Origin: the human T2T-CHM13v2.0 reference genome, Homo sapiens
Length of the DNA stretch: 64,000 nucleotides
NCBI RefSeq assembly: GCF_009914755.1
Contig: NC_060930.1
Strand: one strand, 5' to 3'
Shown here: positions 62,987 to 64,000 of the stretch, one piece after another
Layout of the letters: each line of letters opens with the position of its first letter
Position numbering within the stretch: the first letter of the stretch is position 1
The notes under the pieces: generated by a model
What the model was told of the DNA's origin: nothing
The model's input: only the letters and a program-made list of their open reading frames with translations
Database searches by the model: none
Translations under genes and position numbers: made by a program

Positions 62987-63730
62987 GTTCCTTGTCCGGT
63001 TTATGTCTCTTGGTTTGTATACCCGCTTCTTTCTCCTGTTGACAACGGCGGTGCTTCTTACCTGGGAGAAGATCAGAGGAACCTGCCCCCTCCCCCGATC
63101 TCGTGTTTTACTGCTCCCCATGTAAGAGTCTTGTTGCCCCTGCTTCCATCCTCCCATGTTTTCCACTCCTGCCACAGGTTTGGCACTTCTAGCTACTCAG
63201 GTCTCAATGCAAATTTCCCGTCTTTAGACAAGTACAGCTAAAAGTGATGCCCACACGATCTCTCAATTCCTACTACATCTTCACAAATATCGTCTCCTCC
63301 AGAAAGTATGTCTTTAAGTTACTGGTTTGTTTTTCTCTCCCCTAGAGTGGGAGCTTCCTGAGTACCGAAACGCTGTCTATGTACACTGTGTTCAACTCGC
63401 TTCATCCCCATGCGTAGAGTTAAGGTTCTGTAAAATACGGTTACTGCCTTGAACAGATAAGGAAACAGGGAGATCAAAGACAGAGCAATACTTAAAAACA
63501 TTATCCTGCCACATTTCTCAAATCTTAATAATAGCATTCACTAATGTTTTTGGTTTTTCTTTGTGCTTTCTCCATATCCCCTTATTATTATTATTATTTT
63601 ACATTTGGCTGACCATTTTACACTTCTTTTTCAAATGACCAATCAGATTTTGCAATTTTCTAGTTAATTCCTGTGTTTCCTTCACCATTCTATTTTCTTT
63701 TTTTTTTTCTTTTTCTTTTTTTTTTTCGGG

Positions 63731-63803
63731 CTTCTTCTTCTTCTTCTTCTTCTTCTTCTTCTTCTTCTTCTTCTTCTTCTTCTTCTTCTTCTTCTTCCTT
63801 CTT
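63731..63803. repeat. (CTT)22 / (GAA)22 trinucleotide repeat
   Basis: Uninterrupted CTT at 63731-63796, preceded by a T-rich tract. Confidence 0.95.
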
Positions 63804-64000
63804 ATATTTAATGCACTGATTTCTTCTAATGTTTTGTAACTTGGGTATTAAAAGGTGTAATTTAAAATGAGAAAGCAGTTTCTACAGAGTCCTTAGAAAT
63901 ATGTCATTATAAGTCCCCATTTTCATTATATTCTAAGGAGCTCGAAGATATACTTTTGATTCTTTTCTAAACTGTGCATTCGAGAGTTAATCTCTTCTTG

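Overview
Primate (human-like) genomic DNA with no credible protein-coding gene. It is a tRNA gene cluster built from nested tandem segmental duplications and filled with Alu, L1 and LTR elements. From memory it resembles the chr6p22 tRNA supercluster, but I have not verified that. Eight tRNA genes look intact or nearly so: six tRNA-Ala(AGC) on +, one elongator tRNA-Met(CAT) on + and one tRNA-Ile(AAT) on -. Twelve decayed tRNA relics were also found: 2 Ala, 3 Met, 5 Val and 2 His. Most of 3.5-52 kb derives from one ancestral cassette, [Val - ~0.5 kb - Ala - old L1 - Met], copied repeatedly. Val is dead in every copy that retains it, Ala survives where Met died or was cut off, and the only intact Met lies in a copy lacking Ala. 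Other notable structures are microhomology-bounded duplication junctions, a perfect 40-bp inverted repeat at 60910-61007, a templated insertion inside an L1, a duplicated tRNA-Ile 3' end and terminator, a ~1 kb purine-pyrimidine alternating tract and (GAA)22. Coordinates were counted by hand and repeat boundaries are approximate.
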